A stretch of 63,981 bases of DNA, the filler included, from Bigelowiella natans CCMP2755 (taxonomy: Eukaryota > Protista > Cercozoa): NCBI GenBank assembly GCA_000320545.1. It is 5 parts of 5 records of this genome, joined end to end, with 100 filler letters (N's around TTAATTAATTAA, not from the genome) between each part and the next. Parts side by side here need not be neighbours in the genome. Positions count along the whole stretch, not along the records: positions 49,402 to 52,825 come from ADNK01002396.1; positions 52,926 to 63,981 come from ADNK01000285.1; 3 more parts are not named here. One strand, written 5' to 3'. Position numbers and translations under genes: made by a program. Positions 49,554 to 63,910 of this stretch are shown here, piece after piece (position 1 is the stretch's first letter; the number at the start of each line of letters is the position of its first letter). Below the pieces are notes generated by a model, which worked only from the letters and a program-made list of their open reading frames with translations, made no database searches and was not told where the DNA came from.

Positions 49554-51229
49554 CTTAAATCATCTCCAGATTTGAAGATGACGTATACGTTACCCCCCTA
49601 GAGATGATGATGATGATGATAATGATGAACGGATGGAGGGAAGGACGAATGATTAAGTGGGGGGAGGGGGAAAGGATGGTGGTCATATCTAGGGGGAAAA
49701 AAGGGAGAATACGCCAAACGATAAGGAAATCATGAGCTCGATTCACTGTGAAAACACCAACAATTTCCTGATTCGTGGCGTGAAACAGAGCGCTGCCCCG
49801 CTCTTTCCTTCTTTATTTAATTTTTTTTTGAAGGTTATTCACGGGTGCTGCTTTCGACTAAAAACCAACGAGGTCACCGCTGCGCTCCCTTCTTCACTGG
49901 GAAATGCAGCGTGTTTTGCATCGGTATATATGCAAGTGAACGGTGTATATGTGCTGTTGTGACCTTAGGATCAGCGTTTTTAAATACCAGCCACAACGGT
50001 ACCATCTTTGAGCTGCGAGGTGAGGAAGAGGAAGAGGAAGAGGAAGAGGAGGAGGAGGAAACGGTGAAGAAGGACAGCACAATGATGGCAACCGAAGCCA
50101 CGACCACAAAACCAATTCAAGCAGCAAAAGCGATGTCATCAAAACAAAGTGTTGTGCGCATTCCATTCCGCTCTATTTAGGGTTGGGTGAACGTACCTCA
50201 TATACTTGCATTTCTCAACGATGAGTGTAGTCACCTCCACTTTCGGATTCAGAGGCAGCTGTATCTTGCCCACAGCTTTGAAGAAGTGCTCGTTGAGCTC
50301 ACGAAGCCGTGATGCCATTTCTCCCTTGCCTGATTAGCGCGCGCACGCACACACACACACACACACACACATACACACACACACGCGCGCGCGCAGAGAG
50401 GCATTGCTTTTAGAATAACACAGAGACGCATTCTGGCTCAGCAGGTATTTAGTAGGTTCACTCACAATCTGCGCTGCTGTTTTTCTCTTCCCTCTGCAGC
50501 TGCACGATGCGGGCACTTACCTATGGAAAAGAAGACACAATAGCATTTATCATACATACACGCACCTGGCAATACAGCAGCAGTAGCAACAACAACAACA
50601 ACAACTGCTGCTGCTACGACTATTACTATTACTACTACGGTTAGGCCATGAAAGCACCCCTTCCAGCCTCAAGACTGCAAAGTGCTGCTTCTTCAGCTCT
50701 ACCAAATGGGAACCACATAATGACAGGTACCTGGAGGGAGGATAGAGTGTTGTTTATGCTTAGACAAATCAGCAGCACCCCAGTGTTACCGACGATATAT
50801 ACTGTTAATCTATTATTCTTTTATTCGAATCTCTCCGTCCCCAGCCCACCCCCTCCTCCTCCCCTCCCCCGCCTCTTTCCTTCAACTAATGCTCACAAAA
50901 AACGTGACCCCATTTGAAACGAAGGAAGAGCTGGTGAAGAAAAACCCTCACTCACAGCGCTATCAAATAGAAGACTTACTCCTCCAAAATGCAGGCGTAT
51001 CGCTCGCAAAACTGGGGCGAGAAGGCCATTTCTGCCTTCAAATGCCAGAAGAAGTGGTGACCTGAGCGGATACAATAGCGTGATGATGGATGGTGGTGTG
51101 CTGGAGATGATGATGATGATGATGATGGTGATGAAGATAGCGTCACAATTGATGGTGATGATTACCTATGGTGATTTTCTTAACCTAGCTGTACAACGAT
51201 TCGACAACCCCCCCCCCCCTCCCCCCCTC

Positions 51230-51266
<37 letters not shown>

Positions 51267-51849
51267 TTCACTCTCCCCAGACTTAACTTGTATACCGATG
51301 AAAACTGGCTCTTTTAAAGCTCTTTTTGTTATAAAGCGGGTGAGCGGAGAATCATGGATTGCCTGGGAGAAGAATAAGAAGAAAAAGAAAAAAAAGAACA
51401 AGGATAAGAATAAATTCGAAAAAGAGGATCGGTTTATTGTTTTTTGTTCAAATGCAATAAAAGAATTCCCCCAGGTTGGGGGTCTCACAGTGAAATTAAA
51501 TAACGTGACATCCACAGATAAGAAGGCACTCATCGTCATATCCTATACCAATAAACGTCACATACCTCAAATTTTAGACACTGCGCCTCCTGTAACAAAT
51601 ATCTGTATCGAGACCAAGGGGGGGGGGGGGGGGGGGGGGGGCAGATTTAATATGAATCGCATCGTCATTGGTTGGTGAATGCTACTCACAGTTGGAGCTC
51701 GTTATCGTTGAGGCGCCTCAGTGTGTTCAGGGCATATTCTCTGTTTGAGGTGTTCAAGAACAAGAAGAGGAGGAAGAAGAAGGAGAAGGAGAAGGACAGC
51801 AAAGATGTCAAAAATGACGATGACGATGATTATACATATAGCAGTATTT

Positions 51850-51889
<40 letters not shown>

Positions 51890-52465
51890 CAATAGCAATG
51901 GCAATAGCATCTAATACAAGGATTCATGAAATCCACTGCAAGTTGACTTGTTCTCAGCAGCATATATCTCCTGTCGAGTTGTTGGATGATAGATTCGAGG
52001 CTGCTTGTCGGTCCTTCCTCTTCATTGCTACTGACTACTACTACTTCTGCTGCTACTAACTACTACTTCTACTACTACTACTACTACCACGACGACTACT
52101 ATTTTCCTTCTCCCCCTCCTTTTCCCTTCTTCTTCTCCTACTTCATCATCATCTAGCTTCTCCTCACTACCTGACGGCCGGCTCAGGGAAGTCCACATCG
52201 AGCAGTATGAGCGCATCCGCGGCGTTGTAGGGAGGGGCCCACTTGTATAAGAACGATATGGCCTGCAGCAGCAGAATTGATGGTCAAGAATGCTCACGGT
52301 TGATGACGATGGTTGGTGACGAGCGATGGATGATGATCGATGATGGTATCAGGAGGATGGCGCATCCTCGGCCACTGGTGGTACGTGAATGGGTGCGTGA
52401 TGACGAGAACAGACGACGTACAACTTCATATGTTTTTACAGGCTCTTTTTAGTGCCACGTCGCCT

Positions 52466-52512
<47 letters not shown>

Positions 52513-52642
52513 ATTTGTCACAGTCGTCGCAGTAGTACCTCCTCCCTTATTTCCGGCACTTCCCACCGAATATGACGTAGGAACTTGGGCAGAAGCTTGG
52601 GGTAGTAGATCAAATGATGCCTCAAGTTCCAAATGTGCCCTG
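49554..52642 (-). CDS. Phosphatidylinositol 3-kinase (class I-like), internal portion: helical domain + start of kinase domain
   Basis: Spliced exons HIWNLRHHLIYYPKLLPKFLRHIRW, FLYKWAPP..DALILLDVDFPEPAVR, HDSPLTRFITKRAL, GHHFFWHLKAEM..RYACILEEYL, IQLPLNP..EKCKYMS/SKMVPLWLVFKNADP, VIFKSGDDLR. Confidence 0.92.
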
Positions 52643-52825
52643 TGAGCGCCGACCGGGAAACAAACGAATAAAACAAACCGTGATCATTATAGTATCTAAA
52701 GGAGGAGGTTGATTCGAATAGATGGTGGTGCTTTAATGATGATGATGAGGAGGAGGAGGAGAAGGAAAAGGAGGAGGAGAGGGAGAGGAATGAAGGGGGG
52801 AGGGGGGTAAGCGAAAACACAGATA

Positions 52826-52925
52826 NNNNNNNNNNNNNNNNNNNNNNNNNNNNNNNNNNNNNNNNNNNNTTAATTAATTAANNNNNNNNNNNNNNNNNNN
52901 NNNNNNNNNNNNNNNNNNNNNNNNN
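52826..52925. other. Artificial contig linker
   Basis: N-TTAATTAATTAA-N, 100 nt. Confidence 0.98.
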
Positions 52926-52943
52926 TATATATATATCACCACA

Positions 52944-53278
52944 GCCTGCAGCCTGCTGTACGGCTCGATCTCATCGTCTTGTTCAGGGAGGGGGAGGCAT
53001 ACGAGCTCAACCGCTTTCAGGAGGAGCTTTTCCCTCACGCCATCCTCTTTCTTAATTATGAAACGGACAATGGGCGTCAAGGCCTTCACCACCCGGGAGC
53101 ACAGAGCACACGTGATGTCGCTCCCGCAAAGCCTTGCCGTTTCACAAATTGAAGATGACTTCGCGCCGCCGTCGATGACCTTCAGTAGCAGCAACAACAG
53201 AGTCGGTTCAAGTATCAGCACCACAAGGACCATCAGTGCACATGGCGACGACCGCCATTTGGCGCTTCTAGGTTTCAA
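52944..53278 (-). CDS. Secreted protein with saposin-B-like domain, first exon only
   Basis: Hydrophobic leader, then TCALCSRVV...AVELVC cysteine spacing typical of SapB; runs off the contig. Confidence 0.55.
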
Positions 53279-53461
53279 TGACGGCGTAGGCGTACCGATG
53301 TACCGAGATGATGATTGATGATTGAATTATTCTAGAAACTACTGCCAAAAAAAAGCAGCAGGGAGAAAGTGTAATGGATGGATGGTGAGGAGGATGGCAT
53401 GAAGTGAAAGGAAACGATTTGTGTTCATACCACCAATACAAGCAATGCACTCAATCTCTTT

Positions 53462-53940
53462 CTATCTGTCTCCCCCCCCCCCTCTTCCTGCTACCTGTCC
53501 AATAATCTCATCGCCGTATTCTTGCACATATAGTTCGCACTGGCCGCGTCTCAAATGACTTGCTCCCTCCTCTAAATGCACCGTTCCTTGCAATCCCCCC
53601 CCCGCTTTGTCTCCTGGCGCCTTGGAGCGGAAGTTGTCTTTGGCTGGGGTGAGAGCGAGGGCATCGAGGAGCATAGACGTATAGCCAACACGCCATTGGT
53701 CGTTTCCCGGATGATAGTCGTCAGAAGCTCGAGACTGTGTCACAGCTTGGAACTCCACCGATTGTAAGATGAATCGAGGCCACGCGCTGCAGTACTCGAC
53801 GGTGATGTTGGCATTTAGTGCGGCATCCGCCATTTGTTTCAGCCATTGTCGCCCGAGCGTCGCGGAGCGGAGCGTGGCGTTCATACCGAATTGTGATGGC
53901 AGCCAGTCTTGCTCGTAAGTCGCAAGGCCCTGGAGAGATC

Positions 53941-53974
<34 letters not shown>

Positions 53975-54164
53975 GAGAGAGGACAGGAGGAGGGGATTGA
54001 GTATGATGATGATGATGATGATGATGATGATGGTGATGATAACTCATGTTTCAGATTAGTAATGATGCATCTTTGCGAGTGAGTGAGTGTGTGTGTGTGA
54101 GTGTGTGTGGCGGGTGTGTGTTGCAACATGCTCTGGTGAGCTGCTGAACGATGTCAGGTCAATT

Positions 54165-54196
<32 letters not shown>

Positions 54197-56538
54197 TATC
54201 ACCATCACCACCATCTCTACTACCACTACCCATTGCTCTGTCGGGCTGCGGAACAGCTCTTCCCAGAACGCAGTCTCGAGAGGCAGAGCCATATCATCTT
54301 CGATGATGAAGCTCCATTTCCCGCCATTCTGCTTCGCATAAACCGTGTCGGCAGACCAGAACTTGCCATGCGCGACAACCTTCCAGCCAGTTTCATTGTA
54401 CACTCGGGGCAAGCCCCCGTCCGGAAATAGACCGTAAAATGGCGACCAGGCCTTCGCGCCCTCACCGACGCCTAGATCGATAATTTTAGAATATTGATTT
54501 AAAGGCTTGAATTGTCACAACATCATCAACACCGCTGGATATCTATTTATACCGTAAAAACTTGATTATTCAAAACTCACACCTCCTCCTCCCTACCTAC
54601 CTGCCTACCTACCTATCTACCTACCTTTAGGGTACCACCACGAATCCATAAGAATATGCCTGATAGGAATACCCTCCCGCTTTGCATACGCCTTTAGATC
54701 TAAAATGGTATCCTCGTAGGAAATCTGCTTTCCGAGTCGTCGGTGGCCTTCTGTCGCGTAGTAATAAACGGCCCCGTTTGCTGTCGAATAGCCCAGGTAA
54801 TTCGTGATGAAGTCGCGGCGTGCCTCACTACGGTCTTTCTTGTACCTGTGTGTGTGTGTGTGTGTGTGTATTTCAGAGCGCAGGTGTTGATCGAAAACGA
54901 CGTCCACTTTTATGCCGAGGAATGCGATACATCATGATATTTTTCGATGTTTCGGGTATGATTGTGGATTTGTTTTTGTGATTGGTTCTCCATGTCCCCT
55001 CCCCCCATCCCTCCCTATGCTAAGTTGTTGTTGGTACTTTCTTAACAGCGTTTCTCCCCACCCACGGACTGTTTGGCTGATTTTAGGGGGGGGGCTGGTT
55101 GCAGTTTCTTCTCCACCATGACAACTATTTACAAAGACGATGGTGGAGATGGAGTAGTTTGAGGGTAGAGAGGCCACACTGCCCATGACTCCATACCTAC
55201 ACATAGAGGAAAGGATGGGAAGGACAACTTCGTAAGGAGAGGTTGCTGGATGCTGCTGGTTTCTAATTTGCACTGAGACCAACCACCATGATCTATCTTG
55301 CCACGAAATTAATATCACTGGCTTTGTAGATCATTGCGAAATGTAAGTGCAGGAACGCCGTCACATCAAAAACACAACCCACCGTAAAATGGCGCCTTCG
55401 TCGGCCAGTCCTCTCATCGCGTTGTCATCAACATCGCTATCATCTCTTCTGCCATGTCTGCTTGCATTCTTGTCGACAAACTGGCTCGCAGAGAGAAATG
55501 ACGAGAACGGGGAAATAACAGCAGTTGCCGTGAAGTAGGAATCGTCCTCGGCGGCGGCTACGGAGGTATCTTGATCGTCACCCCTTTCCAAGTTGCTCAT
55601 CTCCGAGGGACCAAACAGGACAATAGGCCCCGTTCCGTCGAGCCCAGACGGAAGGTCTGCTATCGCTGATTCCCCCCACAGTCCAGTGTGGTACCCCGAG
55701 CCGGAGAAACTTCCCCGATATGCAAGGAATCCTGCTTTCTGCACGCTCCCCTCCTCCATCGCAAAGGAAGGGAAGGAAGTGATGACTCCGTCCTTATCGC
55801 TGCTGTTTGTTCGGTTCAGACCTGGGTTCGATGGATGCAAGCACGCGCAAAATTCAGTGCTATGTTGACCAGTGACGTCACGGGATGAGATCATGATTTC
55901 ATAATTAATCACACTTACCTAAAGGGAAGTTCTGAGTGAAAATGAAAAATCCACCCTCGCGGTATAACCTTGCCTGCATAGCGTCATGTCAAATTGCTGA
56001 CAGCATGAGGGATTTCGGAGATTACATATTATCCTGATTACCTCCATGATTGCAGGTATTCCATCACCGTTATCATTGCTATTCTGTGTCGTCGTCTTCC
56101 ATGTCGTAGTCACTGCTTGATATTCACCAAGTTCATCGCTACCATTCTTCCAAATTAGCCCCGTCATCTTCAGCGGTACTACCGGTTCCGTATCATTGGA
56201 TAAAAATCAAGGGATGGAAGGGGAGAAAGTAACTTTGAGCTTTAAATATTTTTCCCACAAAAAAGATACTCCAAACTCGAGCTGGATTATTGGGGTTCGG
56301 ACATAACATCGAAATTTCTCGACCGACCTTTGCCATCCCCCTCTTTCGCCTTCGACGAATATAGCTTTCCGTTCGATCGAAATTCCACGCCTCGAGAGAC
56401 GAGAAAGGGAGTTCCTTGTTCTAGATAAAGGCTTAAGTCGCCATTCGGATCGCTGGTGAGAGCCAGAGGAGGACAGGGCTGTGACGGAAGCCCAAGTGCA
56501 ACATACAGGAGCACCGATAGGAGTCCTTTCATCGGCAC
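53462..56538 (-). CDS. Secreted putative glycoside hydrolase (clan GH-D-like TIM barrel), multi-exon
   Basis: Signal peptide; exons NYLGYSTANGAVYYY, GIPIRHILMDSWWYPKG, VAHGKFWS, YEQDWL, LGRQWLKQMADAA..VEYC, SRASDDYHPG..QWRVG, PAKDNF. The D-x-W-W, QDW and R-x-S-x-D motifs resemble GH27/31/36. Confidence 0.65.
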
Positions 56539-57288
56539 AATTCAGATCTAAGATTAATCCCGAAATCTTGCTGCCTTTGACTAATGCACTTCAATTATGG
56601 GCAATTTTTTTCCAGAACTTTGTGTCATGCATGAAACAAAATGCGTTTCATCTTTTTATGTTCTTGTTTCAAGGATTCCCTGATTCCGTAGCGTTTCCTA
56701 CCCCTGTTTAGTATCAGCTCCTCTTTGAGCACAGTTGTTGCAGATAGTGTTGCAGGAATTTCTACTTTAATTCGTCGCCATATTTCTAAAGCAAAATCTT
56801 GTCTGAACGAGGCATGTCGTCCTTCGGATATTTCCCGTATGGAAAACAGCTTCTTACTGTTGCTCTCGTAATTACAATGACAACAATTATTCTGCTACAA
56901 AAAAGGACCATCAGAATTATAAATTTTCGGTGCAGCGATCAATAAAATGATTAGTGCAGGCGGTTTAAAACCTAAAAGTCCGGTCCAGGGCGGTAAAACC
57001 TCTGAGACAATAAATTTTGGTTGTCGTTCTATGAATTTACCATGCTGCAGTGTGACGCCGACGACTGCTCAAACAGCATCGCCTTTACCCACGAGCAGAG
57101 GAAGGCAGCTTCTTTCTTCGACGGTCTCGTTCAATAATCGAGTCGAGAATAGAAGCTAGCGTGTAGTCAACGTGCACACCTGCCCTGACTGGTTGGAGAC
57201 TGCAACTTCCTGAGAGAGGTCGTGAGCCGTCGTTATTCCATCCTTTCAACTTCTACGGAAGGAGGCCGTTTGGGGCTGAGGCAGAAAG

Positions 57289-58619
57289 ATGGGAGCATCT
57301 GCATCAAGCAAGTTCCTCGCAGCGATAAAAAATGGGGATGAGACTTCAGCCATACAACTGTACACAACAGGTGCATTGATGACGAACGTCGATTCTACAA
57401 TTTCTATGTATTCAACCAACCTTCTTTCGCAGAAGAGAAGCTCTCGGCTCAGCTAAGACTGTGTGAAGTTGGCGGCGGGTTTAATAAAACGTCAGCAAAG
57501 CGGGATGGGAGCCTTTCTCGCGGCAGTACACCGTTGCACCACATCTGTGATTTCGCATTGGCCGATCTCCTAGAAATAGTACTCCCAACGGGAAAAGGAT
57601 GTACGTCAACTTTTGATCGATTGATCTTCATCCGCGCAGTCATAGCTTAGCTCTCGCTTTTGTTTCAATTCGTCATTCTTGTACTACTCCACCAAATGCA
57701 GTGCTCGCAGTAGCAGTTCGCTGTGACTTTAGCTCTAGTAGTAGTAGCAGCAGTAGCAGTAGTAGTAGTACGGTGGGTGGAAGATTAAGCCTCTACACTG
57801 AAGATCGACGAGCCATTCAAACAATGTTTCGAAACTAATTTCTGGCCCCTTCTTCCCAATTCAGACTCAGCAATCACCGCCACGGCCTATCCTGAGGGGA
57901 AAACAGCAGAAGGGAGGAGTAATGCTGGGCATTCTACTTCGTCTGTAAGGCAGATAACAGTGACTGTTCCTCCCGATAAATACTTCGGCCAGGTGAGAAT
58001 GTGATAAGGATGATGACGACGATGATGATGATTTTGGGAGCATTAAACTCAACCGAAGCTCATTCTCTGAAGCCACATGGCGTCTTTCTGTTACTGAACA
58101 CTTAAAACAGACCTTTATGGTGATGCTACCAAGTGGGAGAAACATGCGCGTAGCGGTAACTATTCAACGCCTCTCACCCCTCTCCAATTTAAGTAAATAT
58201 ACATACACTGAAGTCTCTAGTGGCCTCTACCATCATCATCATCATTATCATCATCGTCGTCATCATTGTCCTTTCTCGCATCATCACCACCAGGTACCAT
58301 CTGGAGCTCGGCCGGGGACTCAACTGTACGGAATATCGAATAACTACAAAGCACTTTCTTCTTCTTCTTCTTCTTCTTCTTCTTCCGCTTGCTATATCCT
58401 TCAGAGATTCCCATCGCTTTTAATTACACCTCAATTATACTGCATACACCCGCGCCAAACAATAGCTAATTATCGCTGCTACTGCTGCTGTGCTGCTGTG
58501 TATTTGGGCAGTTCGGTTTCCTATCGTGACCAAGAGTATTCTTCCTTACAAAGAGACTATAGAGCTTTCTTTGACACGCGCGTGCAGGATGAGCATGGAA
58601 AGTAGTAGTTGCTGTTGCC

Positions 58620-58650
<31 letters not shown>

Positions 58651-58770
58651 TCTCTAACAGCATCTCTGCTTCTCACGTCCATTCTTGTTTTCATCAAAAT
58701 TGCAAATTGGACATATTCCCCACAGCCTATCATACTCTCTCTTATAACTCCATGCGCATACGCATCACTC

Positions 58771-58864
<94 letters not shown>

Positions 58865-58897
58865 GCATGCATAATATGGCATTCTGTAAAGAAATAT

Positions 58898-58973
<76 letters not shown>

Positions 58974-61723
58974 AGAGAGAGTGGTGTCAGAAATCCAATG
59001 CAGCAGAGAGAGAGAGAGAGAGAGAACGAGGAAAGGTAGCAGTAGTCGTAGCGGCATCATTTATCAGTCTCATAGTCATGAGTATCATTAGGATGTTGTT
59101 ACTGTTGGTTGATGATAGTGGTTGATGATCAGCAACAAGATACTTTTTCCCTATATCAAATATGTTCATCATCATCATCATCATTGTCATCATTGTCATC
59201 TAGACACTTCCGACCGATCCATGATGACTATTTTTAGGCGGCGCATTTTGGAGCACATATGGCGGTACACCCAGCAAAGAGGGGTAATATCAGACTTTAT
59301 TCGTTGAGTGTGGGATGTATGGTGGAAATGAGGGACCACCCTGCTGATTATGCCTTCCTCCTTTCATTCGAGACAGATGTCGTTGTTGCTAAATCGCCAA
59401 TATGGAGAGGAGAAGGAAACGCTGCTGCACCTGTGTGCACGCAACGACTTGGCCGATTGCGCCTTCTTTCTCATCGACCGCGGAGCTTCGCTTGAAATGG
59501 AGGACCAAAGAGGTGATGAGATGGAGTGAAGAATTCTATGTTTCGACATCACATGTATGCATGCATGTACAAGCAGCATCAACAAGCAGCATATCTGTTT
59601 CCAACACTACTACTGTACTACTACTACTACTACTTCTACTGTGGCACCGATGTAATCTCACTCACCTTCACCACAACCGTCTATCTGAGATAAAACGCGA
59701 TGATGGTGTTTGTCGCGTTCATGGCCAGACATCTCCCTCTCAGTCACAAAACTTGCCGAATACCATAAGGCGAGCAGTGCAAACGCGCCCAAATGCACGC
59801 ATTTGCTGCTGCTGCTGCTGCTGGATGTATTGACTAAGTTGTTCATATCACGTATACAGGCAACACGCCAGCTGTGGTAGCTGAGCTCTCCAACGAGAAG
59901 AAGGGAAAATCCAATCTTGCCAGTCGCCTGGAGGCGATGATGATATTTCATCCGCTGCATGCTGAAGAGGCCAAGACGCACCAGCAGCGGCTCGATGCTC
60001 TATCAAGGGCCATAGACATCTCCCACCGACCGTAGGAATCGCTAAGCATCGTTGATTAACATTTTCTACCATCAAAGACTGCCCTCCTTCCTCCTCCTCC
60101 TCCTCCTCCTCCTCCTCCTCCTCCTCCTCCTCCTCCTCCTCCTCCTCCCCCTCCTCCTATTCTTGTGTATGCAGTGTAACAATCGCCCTCTTGCTCTCCC
60201 CATCCTCCCCCCGCTTCTCTCCCCATCACCCTCCACTGCTACCACAATGGAACTAGTATCATCATGGTTATTATGCTATAATACTACGATGAACCTGCCC
60301 CACGGTGGTGTTTGCTCAGGCTGGTAGGCCCAGGGCAGATTCGATCGCTCATACAAGAGGACATTCGATCATTTATGAGAGGGTGCCAAGTGTTTGATCC
60401 CTTCATCGCCGAGAGGGTGCTGTCAGCTTACAGCTGGAAGCTGGACGATGCAATTCGCCTGTGGAATCAGGATGCGACACGGAGGCAGGTATTACCTTAA
60501 GTGAGGAGGTAGATGGTGATGGTGATGGTAATGATGATGATGATGATGATGAGTCGTTTTTGAGGAGGGGGGAGGGAGGGGGGGAGGTGGGTAGGGAATA
60601 TATAATGCAGCGATACAGATAATGCCTGCCTCTTACACAAGGAAAAGGGATTCCCTCCTTTTTGTTGATGTGAGTCGTCATCACGGAAATCCTCATGTTC
60701 ATGCCATCTTCCTCTCTTACTGTTTGTTCACCTTGATGATGATGATGATGATGATGATGTTGATGATGTTATTGCTGCTGCTGCTGCTGCTGCTGCTGGA
60801 CTTTAGGTCTCCGATCTCAGCGGTGTCAGCGTAAAAGGCTCGCTCCCCACTCTATGCGTGCTACCTGCCACACGCGCCGAGAAGCTCAGACATGACCGGA
60901 AAATCAGCGGCGGTGATGGCAAGAGGAGGAAAGAGAGGATGATGCTGCACGATTTGCAGAGGAGCAGAAACACGTGCCTGGCTTGCGGCATGGGGCAATT
61001 TGAAGGAGAGGACGAAATCAGGAAGAAGGCGCTCAGACGGCGACAACAGGAACAAGAAGGGAAGGAAGGTGACCACGACAACGGTAGTAGCGCTGCACCA
61101 ACGGCCTCCCTAGGTCCCTCGCTATTGAATCCGCTGGCTGTGACGATCGTGGGGATGATGAAGAAAGGTTGCAATTCGTTGTAGTAGTGTGTTGGCATGG
61201 CGCAGGAGTTCGGTAGAAAATCATTAAATAATGGGGTGAGGAGGAGGAGGTGGAGGAGGAGGAGGGTGACGCCAAGATGCATCCTCTCATGTGTTATAGC
61301 CGCTAGGTCTCATCAATCTATCGTTCGTCGTCTTCATCACCATTAGGCAAGGGGCGCGGCGAAATCATCCGCTCTCTGCGCGCCAAGGGTGGGGCGCGTA
61401 TGACAGACATTATGCGGGCGTTACAAGCTGCTACGAGCTACATCAACTCCGACCGAATGAAAGAAGAAAAAGAAGAAGAAGAAGAAGAAGAGAAAAAGAC
61501 CCAAGGTAGTCGCCATCGAAAACGGCGACACACCATTAGAAACGATAAGGGGACTGACAAAGAGAACAACACCTGCAACACTTGCTGCAACGGCGGTAGC
61601 AGCAGCAGCAGCACTGCCACCAACAAAGTCAAGAGTAAGGCAAAAACAGAAGGTGATGATACCGGGATGATCGCGAAAGAGAAGACTAAGAAGAAGAAGA
61701 AGAAAGCTACTAATAATGGTACT

Positions 61724-61759
<36 letters not shown>

Positions 61760-61945
61760 GGCGACGATGTTAAAGTAGAGTACTCCAAGCGGCTTATACG
61801 CGTGTCGGCGTGCAAGCATATCCAGTGCGTGGACTGCTGGCAGCGACTCGCTAAAGTACACATTCAAGACCAGCGGATGGGGTAATAATAATAAATGCTG
61901 ATAATAACACTAGTAATAATCAGAAGCAGCAGCAGCAACTCGGTT

Positions 61946-61982
<37 letters not shown>

Positions 61983-62648
61983 CACTAGCAAATAGTAGTA
62001 ATGCAGCATAGATATTTCGATTGTTAGGAGCACCATATTCATATTATGGCAGGCACCGTGTTACCTTCCATATCTCTCATTCTCCCTCCCTCCCCCCCTC
62101 TTTTTTTGTGTGTTGTATGTTTTGCTCCCTTCTCTCTCCTGGCCGCTGCTCCTGCGAAGATACGTCAAGTGCGGAGGGGCAGGGTGCAACATCAAGCTCG
62201 GGGGCTCGGCTTTCGAGTGGGTTATCTTCAAGGAGGAGGAAGCTGCTCCTGAGAAGGAAAAGAAGGGCGGCAACCCAAAGAAGAATGAAGGAGCAGACGA
62301 CGATTCGAACAAACCAAAGTAGTAGTAGTGTGTCATGCGATCAACCAACATAATATGAGCTAGTTGTTAACACATGCTGGAGGGGGGGGAAGGATGGGGT
62401 GTTGGGGAAGTGGTATTTAGACGCACGTTTCTCACCACACACGTATCATACCGTTTGTTCGTATCTTCGACAGAAATAGGAGGGGGGGTAGAGCGAAGCT
62501 GACAAAGATGGGGAGGGAACTGGCTGAGCGACGTATGCGGTGGGTTGCAGAGGAATTCGTAAGGAGCAGAGAAGACATCAAGTGGTGTCCTAGTCCTGAC
62601 TGCAACAACGCAGTAAGGAGGAAAAGAAGAGGTTAGTATTTGTAGCAG

Positions 62649-62685
<37 letters not shown>

Positions 62686-63506
62686 CAATGTCCACACTTC
62701 TGGCATGCAGCCGATAATGCTAACCGCAAATCCCCCACGAATTCTTCTTCTTCTTCTTCTTCTTCTTCTTCTTCTTCGTCGTCCTCCTCCTGCTCCTCCT
62801 GCTCCCTCACTCCCTCCTTTCCCCCGCCCCCTCGTTAGGCAAACATGTGGGGAAAATAGCTCAGTGCGGCGGTGATATTTGCATAAATGCAACTAATTGC
62901 GGTGATGATGGTGGTGTTCGTGACTAAATGTTACAATTTTAATGAGGAGATATGCGGTAGTGATGACGGTGATGCTCTACTAATCAACCATGATGTCATC
63001 GTAATCATCATCATCATCATCACCATTCATTATCGGCACCATCATCAGCTGGCCACATGTTTTGTTTCGAGTGCGGCGGATACCCTCACGACCCGGCAAC
63101 ATGTGAGCAGGTGATAGGATGGATGGAGAGGGTGATGATGACGATGATGATGACGATGATGGCGGTACACACCACATCTGGGCACATGAGCTACGATGTT
63201 CGAAACCCCTCGTCCCTGCCTCTTCCTGCAAAGCGTCTCCAGCCCACACGTACTTACCTACTCATTGTACGCACGTACTTGTTCAGGCGGCACAGTGGCA
63301 GCAAGCCAGTGCTAAGTTGCGAGCTCAGTATGCCTCCTCCTCCTCCTCCTCTTCATCGGAGACCAAGAAGGGAAGAAGCGCGAATGCTGCCTTTGCTCTG
63401 TCGAAATGGATCATTGGTGGTGGTGGTGGTGGTGATAATAAAAACGAGGAGAAGCAAGGTGGAGGCGGGATGGCAGTGGGGGGTCAAGGTCGGTATATAT
63501 AAATAC

Positions 63507-63578
<72 letters not shown>

Positions 63579-63872
63579 TGTGTGTGTGATGATAATGACG
63601 ATGACGCAATGAAGCTTTTGTTCTCTCTCCTCTATGAAACGAGCAAGCAGCCCACGGATTGATGTGAAGATCCGTTGATTGACAGATTGATTAGTGATGT
63701 CAGCTCGATTGTCTTTGACCTTCTTCTTCTTCTTCTTCTTCTTCTTCTTCTTCCGCCACCACCGCCACCACTGCCGCAATCACTTTGCAGACCTGGCGAC
63801 GCTTGTCTGGCTCTCACGAAATACCAAAGCGTGTCCAAAGTGCAAGTGCAAGATTCAAAAGAACGAAGGTAT

Positions 63873-63910
<38 letters not shown>

